Positions 28,061 to 38,179 of a stretch of 51,928 nt of DNA are shown here, piece after piece (position 1 is the first letter of the stretch; every line of letters begins with the position of its first letter). Under the pieces are notes generated by a model. It did no database searches. It saw only the letters and a list, made by a program, of their open reading frames with translations, and was not told where the DNA came from. Source of the DNA: a virus; the UHGV virus genome UHGV-0019417; one strand, given 5' to 3'. Both the position numbers and the translations under genes were made by a program.

Positions 28061-28651
28061 ATGAAAGAAAAAATTATATATCTTTGTATATTTGTAGTTA
28101 TCATGATAGCTGCGTTTTTACATGAAAAAAATTATTTAAATACAATACATGAATTAAAGCAAACAAAAATAAGCTTACTTGATTCATTAGAACACTTTAA
28201 AATAAATGATAGCCTAAATGCAGTTACTACCAAATCATTATATTTGACAATAAATGATTTGAAAAAGTATAGAGCTGATGATTATAATTTAATTAAATCA
28301 TTAAAATCTAAAATTGGCTCAAATGAAACAAAAACAATAATCAAACCTGTAATAGAAAATCATACTAGGTTTACAACTCTATATGATACTGTTTATTTAG
28401 ATTCTATTAAAAGCTTCAAGTATAATAATAAATGGACAGATTTAAAAGGAACTGTTTATAAAGATTCAATATATATAGATATTAAAAACAAAGAAGAGTT
28501 AATCATAACAGAAAATCTTATTAAGAAAAAATTCTTGTTTTTTAAATTGCCAGTTAAGTTATTTGGTTACAAATCTAAAAATATATCAGTGATTAGCAAA
28601 AATCCAAATACAAACGTCATAAAAGTTGAGTATGTTAATATATCAAAATAA
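28061..28651 (+). CDS. membrane-anchored protein (N-terminal TM)
   Basis: 196 aa, signal-anchor IIYLCIFVVIMIAAFL; could be a spanin-like lysis accessory. Confidence 0.4.
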   Translation: MKEKIIYLCIFVVIMIAAFLHEKNYLNTIHELKQTKISLLDSLEHFKINDSLNAVTTKSLYLTINDLKKYRADDYNLIKSLKSKIGSNETKTIIKPVIENHTRFTTLYDTVYLDSIKSFKYNNKWTDLKGTVYKDSIYIDIKNKEELIITENLIKKKFLFFKLPVKLFGYKSKNISVISKNPNTNVIKVEYVNISK

Positions 28652-28663
28652 AATTGCAAATAA

Positions 28664-28940
28664 GGAAACAAAGAGAAACAAAGAGAATTTTTATTGTTTC
28701 TCTCTAAAGTGTTGAAAATCAATGAGTTAGAGCAAGAGAAACAAAGGAAACAATAATTTCTTAACTTTCGTGAGATAATATTTTTATACAAATATTAACA
28801 TAGAGGCTACTCTAGAAAGTTTATAAAGAATTGTTTCCTTTGTTTCTCTTGCTCTAACTCATTGATTTTCAACGCTTTAGAGAGAAACAATAAAAATTCT
28901 CTTTGTTTCTCTTGCTCTAACTCATTGATTTTCAATGCTT
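28664..28940. repeat. locus 2: near-perfect inverted repeat (arms about 75 bp) plus an extra tandem half-copy, with GAGAAACAAAG iterons and CTCATTGATTTTCAA hairpins; homologous to locus 1
   Basis: 28672-28747 is about 97% the reverse complement of 28830-28905; 34-bp unit TCTCTTGCTCTAACTCATTGATTTTCAAYGCTTT repeated at 28840 and 28907. Confidence 0.8.
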
Positions 28941-29045
28941 TAACATACTTTAACAAAATAATTTATGTTTATTCACTAAAAAAATTTTATTATTTAATAT
29001 ATAGTCATTACTTTTGCAGTAACAAATTAAAAAAATAAAGCTTAT

Positions 29046-29471
29046 ATGACAACTAACAATTTTACAATCGATGTTAATAAAATCATTGAGCATTATAATC
29101 TAGATAAAGATAAAGTTGCTGAGGCACTTTTTCCTAACAATAGATATAAGAAAATTGCTCTTGATAGAATTTTAACTGGAAAAGCTGTAATAGATGCAAA
29201 TCAGATAAATGCTTTATCTGATATGATAGGAGTATTACCTCAAGAATTATATATGATAAATAATTGGAGAGGAGAATTTGAAGATAAAAGTATTATTCTT
29301 AAACAAAATGAATATACTGCAAAGCTAAATCATAATGGAGCATTTTTATCTTTATATAAAAATAATGATTTGGTATATCAAGAAATAAATGCTTCAAATA
29401 TATCATTAAATGATTTGATTATTTACTTAGATAACTTAATTAAAAAATTACAAAACAATGGAACCCTTTAA
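29046..29471 (+). CDS. hypothetical protein
   Basis: 141-aa ORF, first gene after locus 2. Confidence 0.4.
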   Translation: MTTNNFTIDVNKIIEHYNLDKDKVAEALFPNNRYKKIALDRILTGKAVIDANQINALSDMIGVLPQELYMINNWRGEFEDKSIILKQNEYTAKLNHNGAFLSLYKNNDLVYQEINASNISLNDLIIYLDNLIKKLQNNGTL

Positions 29472-29787
29472 ATTTTCAATTGATGTAAACATTAATCTAC
29501 AAAGTGAATTAGCAGAAGTACTTAAACAATTTATTAAAGCACAATCCACTGCTGCTCCTGCTGCTCCTGCTGCTCCTGCTGCTCCTGCTGCTCCTGCTGC
29601 TCCTGCTGCTCCTGCTGCTCCTGCTGCTGAAATAACTATAAATGATGTACGCAAAGAATTAGCTAAAAAAGTTAATGAGCACCGTACAGAAATTAAAGAT
29701 AAGCTTATAGAATTGGGTGCACCATCAGTAACAAAACTTGATAAATCTAAATATCAGGAAATGCTTAACTTTTTAAATGCACTATAA
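29458..29787 (+). CDS. hypothetical two-domain protein with an (AAP)8 linker
   Basis: 109-aa ORF; 9-bp tandem repeat GCTGCTCCT x8 at 29551-29622. Confidence 0.4.
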   Translation: MEPFKFSIDVNINLQSELAEVLKQFIKAQSTAAPAAPAAPAAPAAPAAPAAPAAPAAEITINDVRKELAKKVNEHRTEIKDKLIELGAPSVTKLDKSKYQEMLNFLNAL

Positions 29788-29916
29788 TTATGCCAAAATC
29801 AAAAATAAAATTGCTAAGAAAAGCTTCTTCAGACTTTAAAAGGTTTTATGAACCGATTATTTTTAGTAAAAAGCTAAATGAAGATATATATTTAATAAAA
29901 ATACAATATAACAGAT

Positions 29917-31146
29917 ATGCCAACTTTGAAAGTAAAGCCTTCATCAATAAAAGCAAAACAGCATTTGGAATTGCATGAAAATAGGCCTCACGCGTTATTA
30001 AGTGCTTCTGGTTCAAGCAGATGGATAAATTGTACACCTTCTGCAAAACTTGAAGAAAAATATGGCAAACAGACAACTTCAGTCTATGCACAAGAAGGAA
30101 CACTAGCACATGAAATTTCAGAGCTATATATTAAGCATGATATACTTCACAGCATTGATGCCGAAGAATTTTCACATCAGCTCGAAATGCTCATGGAAAA
30201 TGAGTTGTTTAACGAAGAAATGTTAAGCGTAATTCCAATATATGTGGATTACTGTGCTTCTGAATACAAATCAGCTAAATCACAGAATAGTGAAGCTATT
30301 ATGGAAATTGAACAAAAATTGGATTTAACTGAATATGTACCAGAATCATTTGGAACTGCCGACTGTATAATTATTAGCGATGGAACAATCGAAGTAATAG
30401 ACTTGAAATATGGAAAAGGAGTTCCTGTATATGCTGATGCAAATAGACAACTAATGCTTTATGGGTTAGGTGCATTAAGAAAGTTTGACGTGATGTATGA
30501 TATACAAAATATCAAACTGGCAATTGTTCAACCGAGAATAAATAATATATCAACTTGGCAAATAAGTGTAAAAGACTTAATGCATTGGGCTGAAACAGAA
30601 TTAAAGCCAGCAGCAAAATTAGCTTTTGAAGGAAAAGGTGAAATAAAAGCTGGTAGTTGGTGTAAGTTTTGCTCAGTTAAAAATCAATGTAAAGCATTAG
30701 CTGAACAGCAATTAGAAATTGCAAAATATGAATTTAAAAAGCCAGAGTTTTTAAGTGACGATGAAATATCAGATATATTAAAAAGAGCGCATAAATTCAT
30801 AGAATGGATTAACAGCATTGAAGAATATGCTCAAACTGAAGCCTACAATGGCAATAAAGTTTGGCCAGGATTTAAAGTAGTTGAAGGCATAAGTAGAAGA
30901 AAATGGGTTGATGAAGAAAAAGTAATTGATACATTATATTCTAGATTCCCTGAACTATCTGATGACCAAATCTTTGATACAAAACTTGTTTCTATATCTC
31001 AGATAGAAAAGTTATTGGGTAAAAAAACAGTTCAAGAAAAATTAGGTGATGTAATTATAAAGCCACAAGGTAAACCAACATTGGTGCCTGATACAGATAA
31101 AAGGCCATCTATCGGTATTGAAGATGCGATTAATGATTTTAAATAA
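29917..31146 (+). CDS. PD-(D/E)XK nuclease, DUF2800/Cas4-like phage exonuclease
   Basis: N-terminal LSASGSSRWINC motif; acidic/lysine catalytic core (DCIIISDG..IDLKYGKG); C-terminal Cys cluster CKFCSVKNQC. Confidence 0.75.
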   Translation: MPTLKVKPSSIKAKQHLELHENRPHALLSASGSSRWINCTPSAKLEEKYGKQTTSVYAQEGTLAHEISELYIKHDILHSIDAEEFSHQLEMLMENELFNEEMLSVIPIYVDYCASEYKSAKSQNSEAIMEIEQKLDLTEYVPESFGTADCIIISDGTIEVIDLKYGKGVPVYADANRQLMLYGLGALRKFDVMYDIQNIKLAIVQPRINNISTWQISVKDLMHWAETELKPAAKLAFEGKGEIKAGSWCKFCSVKNQCKALAEQQLEIAKYEFKKPEFLSDDEISDILKRAHKFIEWINSIEEYAQTEAYNGNKVWPGFKVVEGISRRKWVDEEKVIDTLYSRFPELSDDQIFDTKLVSISQIEKLLGKKTVQEKLGDVIIKPQGKPTLVPDTDKRPSIGIEDAINDFK

Positions 31147-31168
31147 ACTAATTAAAAATTAAAAAAAA

Positions 31169-31717
31169 ATGGAAAACTCAACAAAAGTTATTACAGGTAA
31201 AGTTCGTTTTTGCTATGCTCATGTTTTTGAGCCAGTTACAATGAATGATGGAGATAATCCTAAGTATAATATCAGTATTTTAATTCCTAAGAGTGATAAG
31301 AAAACACTCGACAAAATTAAAAAAGCAATTGAAGCTGCAAAGCAAGCAGGAAAAGCAAAGATTGCTGACAAAAATGGAAAAATTCCTTCAACTATTAAGC
31401 TTCCTTTGCGTGATGGTGATGAAGAACGTTCAGATGACCCTGTTTATGCTAATTGCTATTTTATCAATGCTTCATCAACACGAAAGCCTTCAATTGTAGA
31501 TGCAAATCTTGACCAGATTATTGATAAAGAAGAATTTTATTCTGGTTGTTATGGTCGTGCTTCGATTAACTTCTATGCTTTTAATGTACAATCAAAAGGA
31601 ATTGCAGCAGGTTTAAATAATTTGCAAAAGCTAGAAGATGGAGAACGCCTTGAAGGAGGTTCATCAGCTGAAGATGATTTCGGTGGAGAAAATGCATGGG
31701 ATGATGAATTGATGTAA
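31169..31717 (+). CDS. DUF2815-type ssDNA-binding protein
   Basis: 182 aa; N-terminus TGKVRFCYAHVFEP and acidic C-terminal tail (DDFGGENAWDDELM); conserved partner of DUF2800 nucleases. Confidence 0.55.
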   Translation: MENSTKVITGKVRFCYAHVFEPVTMNDGDNPKYNISILIPKSDKKTLDKIKKAIEAAKQAGKAKIADKNGKIPSTIKLPLRDGDEERSDDPVYANCYFINASSTRKPSIVDANLDQIIDKEEFYSGCYGRASINFYAFNVQSKGIAAGLNNLQKLEDGERLEGGSSAEDDFGGENAWDDELM

Positions 31718-31912
31718 AAAGTCCTTTTTTAATTCCTATATTCTCATTTATTAACCTTTAAAAAACGCATATTGCCGTATGCACTTAATAAGAGACAAGC
31801 CTAAATTTTAAACAACAATGATTGCTATTTTATAAAAAATAATGTTTTATAAATAACAAAAAAAAATAGTGAAGTGTTTCTTTTTTGCAATTATAAAATA
31901 GCAATCATATAT

Positions 31913-31998
31913 GCCTCAGTGGTGAAAGTGGTAGACACGAAAGACTTAAAATCTTTTAAACAGAAATGTTTGTGCAGGTTCGAATCCTGTCTGAGGTA
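31913..31998 (+). tRNA. tRNA-Leu (anticodon UAA), type II with a long variable arm
   Basis: acceptor GCCTCAG/CTGAGGT (G1-U72), D-arm GTG-AAAGTGGTAGA-CAC, anticodon arm AAAGA-CTTAAAA-TCTTT, 17-nt variable hairpin, T-arm GCAGG-TTCGAAT-CCTGT, discriminator A. Confidence 0.8.
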
Positions 31999-32020
31999 CA
32001 AAATTCTAAGATTAATTTAT

Positions 32021-34069
32021 ATGTATAAAGATTTATTTATTGATATTGAAACATATTCATCAGTTGATATTAAATCGTGTGGTGCTTATAAGTATATAGA
32101 ATCACCTGATTTTGAAATTTTGATTATTGGATATGCTTTTGACAATGAAGAAGTGCAATCTATTGATTTAGCTTCAGGTGATGAAATTCCAGAAGAATTT
32201 GAGGAAGCTTTATTTAATCCAAATATAAAAAAGCATGCACATAATGCTGTATTTGAAAGAAATGCTTTTAAAAGAATAGGATATGATATTCCTGTTGAAC
32301 AATGGTATTGTACACTTGTTAAATCAGCATATTGTGGATTACCATTAGGATTGGATGCTGTTTCAAAAGTTCTTGATTTACAAGATAAAAAATTAGATAC
32401 AGGTAAGGCTTTAATAAAATATTTTAGTTGCCCATGTAAGCCAACTAAAGTAAATGGAATGCGTACAAGAAATTATCCATGGGATGCTTCTGAAAAATGG
32501 GATATGTATATTGAGTATAATAAATATGATGTACTATCTGAAAGAGAAATATATAGGTTATTAGAAAAATACGACATTCCAGAATTTGAAAGAAGCCTAT
32601 ATATACTTGACCAAAATATTAATGATAGAGGAATCTTAATTGATACAGAATTAGCAGAATCTGCTATTTATGTCGATGAAAAATATACTGAAATGCTTAT
32701 GAATGAAAGTAAGCAAATCACAAATCTTGAAAATCCTAATTCTGTAGCTCAATTAAAAAAATGGTATGCTGAAAACTATGCTGATATCGTTGATAGTACA
32801 CTTACAGAAAATGATAAAAAGTTTTTAGCTACTGCTAATGGACAAACTTATGACCCAGCAAATCAATCCATGGCTGCTGAATCAATAAAAATGCTTTTAA
32901 AACTAGAAGCTGTACAATCTATTCAAGAATTAGTAACAGTTCTTGAAAATAGACAAAAGTTAGGTCGTTCATCAGTTAAAAAATATTATACAATGCTTAA
33001 CTGTAAAATGTCTGATGAACGTATAAGAGGCACATTTCAGTTTTATGGAGCTAATAGAACTGGTCGATGGGCAGGAAGGTTAGTGCAATTGCAAAACTTA
33101 TCAAAAAATCATACAGATGATATAGATACACCAAGAGAGTTAATACGAAAAAGAGATTGGGATACTGTAAATATGATGTATGGTGATGTTTCAGATATTT
33201 TATCACAATTAGTTAGAACAACATTTATTGCTCCTGATAATATGCTTTATTCAGTAGCTGACTTCTCTGCAATTGAAGCTAGAGTAGTATCATGGTTAGC
33301 TGATGAAGAATGGAGAATGAACGTCTTCAGAGGTGATGGAAAAATATATGAAGCAGCAGGTTCTCGTATGTTTAATGTACCTATTGAAGCAATTACAAAA
33401 GGTTCTGATTTAAGAGCAAAAGCTAAAAATGCAGAATTAGCACTCGGATATGGTGGCTCATTAGGTGCAATGAAACGTATGGGTGGTGATAAAATGGGTA
33501 TGAGTGATGCTGAAATGATGCACATTGTAAAGTTGTGGAGAAATGCAAATAAAAATATTGTAAATCTCTGGTCTGAAATAGAACGATGCGCACATGAAGC
33601 AGTAAGGTATAACAGAAAAGTTATTGGAACTCCACAAAATCTTGAATTTGATTGTAATGGAGATTATTTAATGATAACCTTGCCATCAAAAAGAGCATTG
33701 TATTATTATAAGCCTGTTTTTAAAGAAAAGAAAGTTGGACAAAGAACATCAAAACTTTTGTTTTACCAAGGTATGAACCAGGTAACAAAGCAGTGGGGAT
33801 TGATTGATACTTATGGTGGAAAATTAACAGAGAATATAGTACAAGCTATTTCAAGAGATTTAATTGGCTTTGCAATGAAGAATCTTGAAGAAAATGAATA
33901 TGCTATAACAATGCATGTACATGATGAAGCAATTGCAGAAATACCTGCTGATAATCCAACTGAAAAACTGAATAAAATGATAAAGATTATGTCTCAACCA
34001 CCAGAATGGGCAAAAGATTTACCATTAAATGCAGCAGGGTTTATCAGTAAATATTATATGAAAGATTAA
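32021..34069 (+). CDS. DNA polymerase, family A (3'-5' exo plus polymerase domains)
   Basis: Exo I FIDIETYS; motif A DFSAIEARV; motif B RAKAKNAELALGYGG; motif C HVHDE. The ORF-track start at 31874 overlaps the tRNA; start re-called to ATG 32021. Confidence 0.85.
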   Translation: MYKDLFIDIETYSSVDIKSCGAYKYIESPDFEILIIGYAFDNEEVQSIDLASGDEIPEEFEEALFNPNIKKHAHNAVFERNAFKRIGYDIPVEQWYCTLVKSAYCGLPLGLDAVSKVLDLQDKKLDTGKALIKYFSCPCKPTKVNGMRTRNYPWDASEKWDMYIEYNKYDVLSEREIYRLLEKYDIPEFERSLYILDQNINDRGILIDTELAESAIYVDEKYTEMLMNESKQITNLENPNSVAQLKKWYAENYADIVDSTLTENDKKFLATANGQTYDPANQSMAAESIKMLLKLEAVQSIQELVTVLENRQKLGRSSVKKYYTMLNCKMSDERIRGTFQFYGANRTGRWAGRLVQLQNLSKNHTDDIDTPRELIRKRDWDTVNMMYGDVSDILSQLVRTTFIAPDNMLYSVADFSAIEARVVSWLADEEWRMNVFRGDGKIYEAAGSRMFNVPIEAITKGSDLRAKAKNAELALGYGGSLGAMKRMGGDKMGMSDAEMMHIVKLWRNANKNIVNLWSEIERCAHEAVRYNRKVIGTPQNLEFDCNGDYLMITLPSKRALYYYKPVFKEKKVGQRTSKLLFYQGMNQVTKQWGLIDTYGGKLTENIVQAISRDLIGFAMKNLEENEYAITMHVHDEAIAEIPADNPTEKLNKMIKIMSQPPEWAKDLPLNAAGFISKYYMKD

Positions 34070-34074
34070 GTATT

Positions 34075-36456
34075 ATGAATGTTAAATATGATATAAATTT
34101 AGACATAGCGACTGCTCTTAGTGGTAATAGTAAAAAATGGAAAAATATAAAAACCAAATGGAGTAAGCTACTCGATAAATTATCAAATCCAGTAATTACA
34201 AATGAAACATATAAACAGTTTATTACAGCTACAAAAGCCGAGCAAGGAAAAATAAAAGATGTAGGTGGATACGTAGGAGGGTATTTATTAAATGGAAGCA
34301 GAAAAAAAGAAGCTGTATCATATAAGCAACTCATTACTCTTGATATTGATTTTTCTCACTGTGATTTTTGGGATGACTTTACTATCTTATACAGTTGTGC
34401 AGCATGTATACATTCAACCCATAAATCAACACCTTCTAAGCCTAGGCATAGATTAATAATACCACTAGATAGAGAAGTTTCAGTTGAAGAGTATGAACCA
34501 ATAGCTAGAAAAATAGCAGGAGACTTAAACATAGAGCTGTTTGACCAAACAACATTTGAAGTAAACAGATTAATGTTTTGGCCATCAGTTTCTAAAGATA
34601 CTAAATATTATTTTGAATATCAAGATGGTCCTATTTTAAGTGCTGATGATATTTTAAATTCTTATAATGATTGGCATAACATAAATGAATGGCCACATGC
34701 TAGCTCGATTGAGTCTTCTGTTTTATCAGAAATAAAAAAACAAGAAGACCCATCAGAGAAAAAAGGAATAATTGGTGCTTTTTGTAAAGCTTACAGCATA
34801 AATGAAGCAATAGAAACTTTTTTGAATGATGTTTATGAAGAAGCAGGAGAAGATAGGTATACATATACAAAAGGAACAACTGTAGCAGGCCTTATCGTTT
34901 ATGATGATAAGTTTGCTTATTCTCATCATAGTACTGACCCAGCTAGTAATAGGCTATGCAATGCTTTTGATTTAGTTCGTATACACTTATTTGGCCATTT
35001 AGATTCTGGAACAGAAAAAGATGACAGAAGTAAAAAGAGCTTTAAAAAAATGGAAGAGCTTATCATTAATGATAAGAAGACAAAAAAGCTCATAGCTGAA
35101 GAAAAACTTGTATTAGCTAAATCAGAATTTGGTGAACCAGTTGAGCAAGATAATATTGAATGGACAGAAAGCTTACAGATTAATTCAAAAGGAGATTACG
35201 AAAATTCTTCAATTAACTTAAATTTAATTCTTAAAAATGACAATATTCTTAAAAATGCTTTTGTAACAAACCAATTTGACCACATGCGCTATGTGCTAAA
35301 AGATTTACCTTGGCGTAAACTTGAAAGCTATCCTGATAATATGCTTGATGTTGATTATTCTGGTATAAGAAACTATATTGAGTGTGTATATGGTATTACA
35401 GCAAGTCAGAAAATTGATGATGCAATAGCAATTGAGTGTCAAAGAAAAAACTTTCATCCAGTAAGAGAATATTTAAATAATTTAAAATGGGATAAAGTAA
35501 ATAGAATTGATACACTGTTAATCGATTATTTTGGAGCTGACGACAATGCTTATACAAGAGCTGCTATTAGAAAAGCTTTATGTGCGGCTGTAGCTCGTAT
35601 AATAGAACCAGGGTGTAAATATGATATGGTTTTAATTCTTGTTGGTCCACAAGGAACATATAAAAGTACATTTGTAAAAAAACTTGGTAAAAATTGGTTT
35701 TCAGATACTTTTACGACAGTCCAAGGTAAAGAAGCTATTGAGCAATTATTAGGTTCATGGATTATTGAAATAGCTGAGTTATCAGCTTTTAAAAAATCTG
35801 AAGCTGAAGCTATTAAACAGTTTATTTCAAAACAACAGGATAAGTTTAGACCAGCTTATGCTCGTACTGTTGAAGTTTATAAAAGGCAATGTATATTTTT
35901 TGGTACAACAAATGATACAGATTTTTTAAGAGACCCGACAGGAAATAGACGTTTTAATCCTATTGATATTCACGTTGAAAGAATTAAAAAATCTGTAATT
36001 GATGATTTAACAGAAAACGAAATAGACCAAATATGGGCCGAAGCTTTTGAGCTTTATAAAGCTGGAGAAAAGCTTTATTTTGATGAAGAAGTTACTCAAT
36101 TAGCTAAAACTGAACAGTCAAAGCACTCTGCTACAGATGAACGAAAAGGCGTTATTGAAAATTATTTAAATAAATTATTACCAAAGGATTGGGATAAAAA
36201 AGATTTATATGAACGTAGAACATGGTTGGATGACCCATTGGCAAGTAATGGCGAAATAATACGTGACAGCGTTTGCATATCAGAAATCTGGTGTGAATGT
36301 TTAGGAAAAGAAAAAAATGATATGACGCGCTATAATACAAGAGAAATTAATGATATAATGCGCTCATTAGATGAATGGGAGTTTACATCTTCTACAAAGC
36401 AATTTAACTTTTATGGCAAACAAAAATATTACAAAAGAAAAACTGATTTATGGTAA
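34075..36456 (+). CDS. primase/helicase, VirE / D5-like P-loop NTPase
   Basis: 793 aa; Walker A LVGPQGTYKST; large N-terminal primase-like domain; typical partner of the DUF2800-PolA module. Confidence 0.65.
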   Translation: MNVKYDINLDIATALSGNSKKWKNIKTKWSKLLDKLSNPVITNETYKQFITATKAEQGKIKDVGGYVGGYLLNGSRKKEAVSYKQLITLDIDFSHCDFWDDFTILYSCAACIHSTHKSTPSKPRHRLIIPLDREVSVEEYEPIARKIAGDLNIELFDQTTFEVNRLMFWPSVSKDTKYYFEYQDGPILSADDILNSYNDWHNINEWPHASSIESSVLSEIKKQEDPSEKKGIIGAFCKAYSINEAIETFLNDVYEEAGEDRYTYTKGTTVAGLIVYDDKFAYSHHSTDPASNRLCNAFDLVRIHLFGHLDSGTEKDDRSKKSFKKMEELIINDKKTKKLIAEEKLVLAKSEFGEPVEQDNIEWTESLQINSKGDYENSSINLNLILKNDNILKNAFVTNQFDHMRYVLKDLPWRKLESYPDNMLDVDYSGIRNYIECVYGITASQKIDDAIAIECQRKNFHPVREYLNNLKWDKVNRIDTLLIDYFGADDNAYTRAAIRKALCAAVARIIEPGCKYDMVLILVGPQGTYKSTFVKKLGKNWFSDTFTTVQGKEAIEQLLGSWIIEIAELSAFKKSEAEAIKQFISKQQDKFRPAYARTVEVYKRQCIFFGTTNDTDFLRDPTGNRRFNPIDIHVERIKKSVIDDLTENEIDQIWAEAFELYKAGEKLYFDEEVTQLAKTEQSKHSATDERKGVIENYLNKLLPKDWDKKDLYERRTWLDDPLASNGEIIRDSVCISEIWCECLGKEKNDMTRYNTREINDIMRSLDEWEFTSSTKQFNFYGKQKYYKRKTDLW

Positions 36457-36743
36457 AAATAGAAAGCGAAAAGTTAATCGAAAGAAAATTAGTAGAATCA
36501 TGTAAATTAAATAATGGGCTGTGCATAAAATTATTAAGTAACTTTTTTATAGGATTACCAGATAGAATGTGCTTATTCCCTGGTGGAAAAATAATATTCG
36601 TAGAATTAAAAACAACAGGCCAAAAACCAAGAAAATCTCAAATACTTGTTCACAATCAATTACAAAAATTAGGATTTAAAGTATTTGTAGTCGATACGAC
36701 TGAGCAGATTATAGAACTGATTGATAAAATCATAAAATTATGA
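36450..36743 (+). CDS. VRR-NUC domain nuclease
   Basis: 97 aa; GLPDRMCLFPGGKIIFVELKTTGQKPRKSQ matches VRR-NUC core (PD..E.K). Confidence 0.65.
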   Translation: MVKIESEKLIERKLVESCKLNNGLCIKLLSNFFIGLPDRMCLFPGGKIIFVELKTTGQKPRKSQILVHNQLQKLGFKVFVVDTTEQIIELIDKIIKL

Positions 36744-38131
36744 ATGAAACAAATTTACATACTTACCAAAAAACTTGTATTCAACACATCATAAACCATA
36801 AATTTTGTGGTGTATTTCTTGAAATGGGATTAGGTAAAACAGTAACAACTTTAACAGCAATCAATTCATTAATGAATGATTATTGTGAAATAAATTCTGT
36901 TCTTATCATAGCTCCAAAACGAGTCGCTGAATCTGTATGGCAAGAAGAAGCAGAAAAATGGGACCATTTAAAAAATTTAAGGTTTTCTAAAATAATTGGC
37001 TCTCAACAACAACGAATGCAAGCATTGAGAATAAAAGCTGATATTTATATAATTTCAAGAGATAATGTAGCTTGGTTATGTGCTTTATTCGGAGGAACTA
37101 AACTTCCATTTGATATGATTGTAATCGATGAGTTGAGTAGTTTTAAAAGCTATAAATCACAACGATTTAAAGCATTAAAAATAATGCAACCATATTTTAA
37201 ACGCTTTGTAGGATTAACAGGTACACCAGCGCCAAATGGCTTAATTGATTTATGGCCCCAAATATACTTAATGGATAGAGGAGAACGATTAGGTAAAACA
37301 GTTACAGCTTATAGAAAAAATTTCTTTTCTCCTGGTATGACTAACGGAAATGTTGTTTATTCGTATAATCTTTTGCCAAATTCAGAATACATAATTCATG
37401 AAAGGATAAAAGACATATGCATTTCTATGAAATCAGCAGATTATTTACAAATGCCTATGAGGACTGATAATTTTATAAAGCTAAAAATGCCGGAAAGCAT
37501 AAAAAAGAAATATGATGAATTTGAAAAAGAAAAAGTATTAGAGCTGTTTCAGCATACTGATGAAGAAGTTGAAATAAATGTAGCAAATGCAGCAGCCTTG
37601 TCTAATAAATTATTACAGTTTGCAAATGGAGCTGTTTATGATGATGACAAAAGTGTATTTGAAATTCATCAATTGAAGTTAGAAGCTTTAAAAGAAATTG
37701 TTGAAAACTCAAATGGCAAATCAGTTTTAGTAGCTTGGACCTATCAATTTGATAGGGATAGGATTTTGGATTTTCTAAAAGCCTATAAACCAAGAGAGCT
37801 AAAAAAACCACAAGATATAATAGATTGGAATAATGGCAAAGTTCAAGTTATGTTAGCTCATCCAGCATCAGCTGGACATGGACTTAACCTTCAAGCAGGA
37901 GGTTCAATAATAGTCTGGTTTGGACTTACTTGGTCACTTGAATTATACCAACAGTTTAATGCTAGACTATATAGGCAAGGACAACAATGTCATGTTATAA
38001 TTCATCATTTAATTACTGAAAAAACATATGATGAAGATGTGATTAAAGCATTAAAACAAAAAGATAAAAAGCAAAGTGCTTTAATGGATTGTATAAAAGC
38101 AAGAATTGATAAATATAAAAAGTTATTATGA
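36740..38131 (+). CDS. SNF2-family helicase
   Basis: motif I LEMGLGKT, motif II VIDELS, motif III LTGTP, C-terminal helicase motifs (QFNARLYRQGQ). Confidence 0.8.
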   Translation: MNETNLHTYQKTCIQHIINHKFCGVFLEMGLGKTVTTLTAINSLMNDYCEINSVLIIAPKRVAESVWQEEAEKWDHLKNLRFSKIIGSQQQRMQALRIKADIYIISRDNVAWLCALFGGTKLPFDMIVIDELSSFKSYKSQRFKALKIMQPYFKRFVGLTGTPAPNGLIDLWPQIYLMDRGERLGKTVTAYRKNFFSPGMTNGNVVYSYNLLPNSEYIIHERIKDICISMKSADYLQMPMRTDNFIKLKMPESIKKKYDEFEKEKVLELFQHTDEEVEINVANAAALSNKLLQFANGAVYDDDKSVFEIHQLKLEALKEIVENSNGKSVLVAWTYQFDRDRILDFLKAYKPRELKKPQDIIDWNNGKVQVMLAHPASAGHGLNLQAGGSIIVWFGLTWSLELYQQFNARLYRQGQQCHVIIHHLITEKTYDEDVIKALKQKDKKQSALMDCIKARIDKYKKLL

Positions 38132-38179
38132 TTGAAAATTTAGAAAAAGGTTAATTATTAACTGGTCTTGCTATTGTAA

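Noticed and set aside
29448-29654. Minus-strand ORF translating to (AAG)n
   Set aside because: Antisense artefact of the GCTGCTCCT microsatellite in ORF 29458..29787.
29790-29978. 62-aa ORF 29790..29978
   Set aside because: Overlaps the well-supported start (29917) of the DUF2800 nuclease in another frame; probably non-coding or a short leader peptide at most.
31874-32020. N-terminal 49 codons of the ORF-track DNA polymerase call
   Set aside because: This stretch is the tRNA-Leu gene read in frame (translation ..SVVKVVDTKDLKS..). The real start is the ATG at 32021 (MYKDLFIDIETYS, exonuclease motif I follows immediately).
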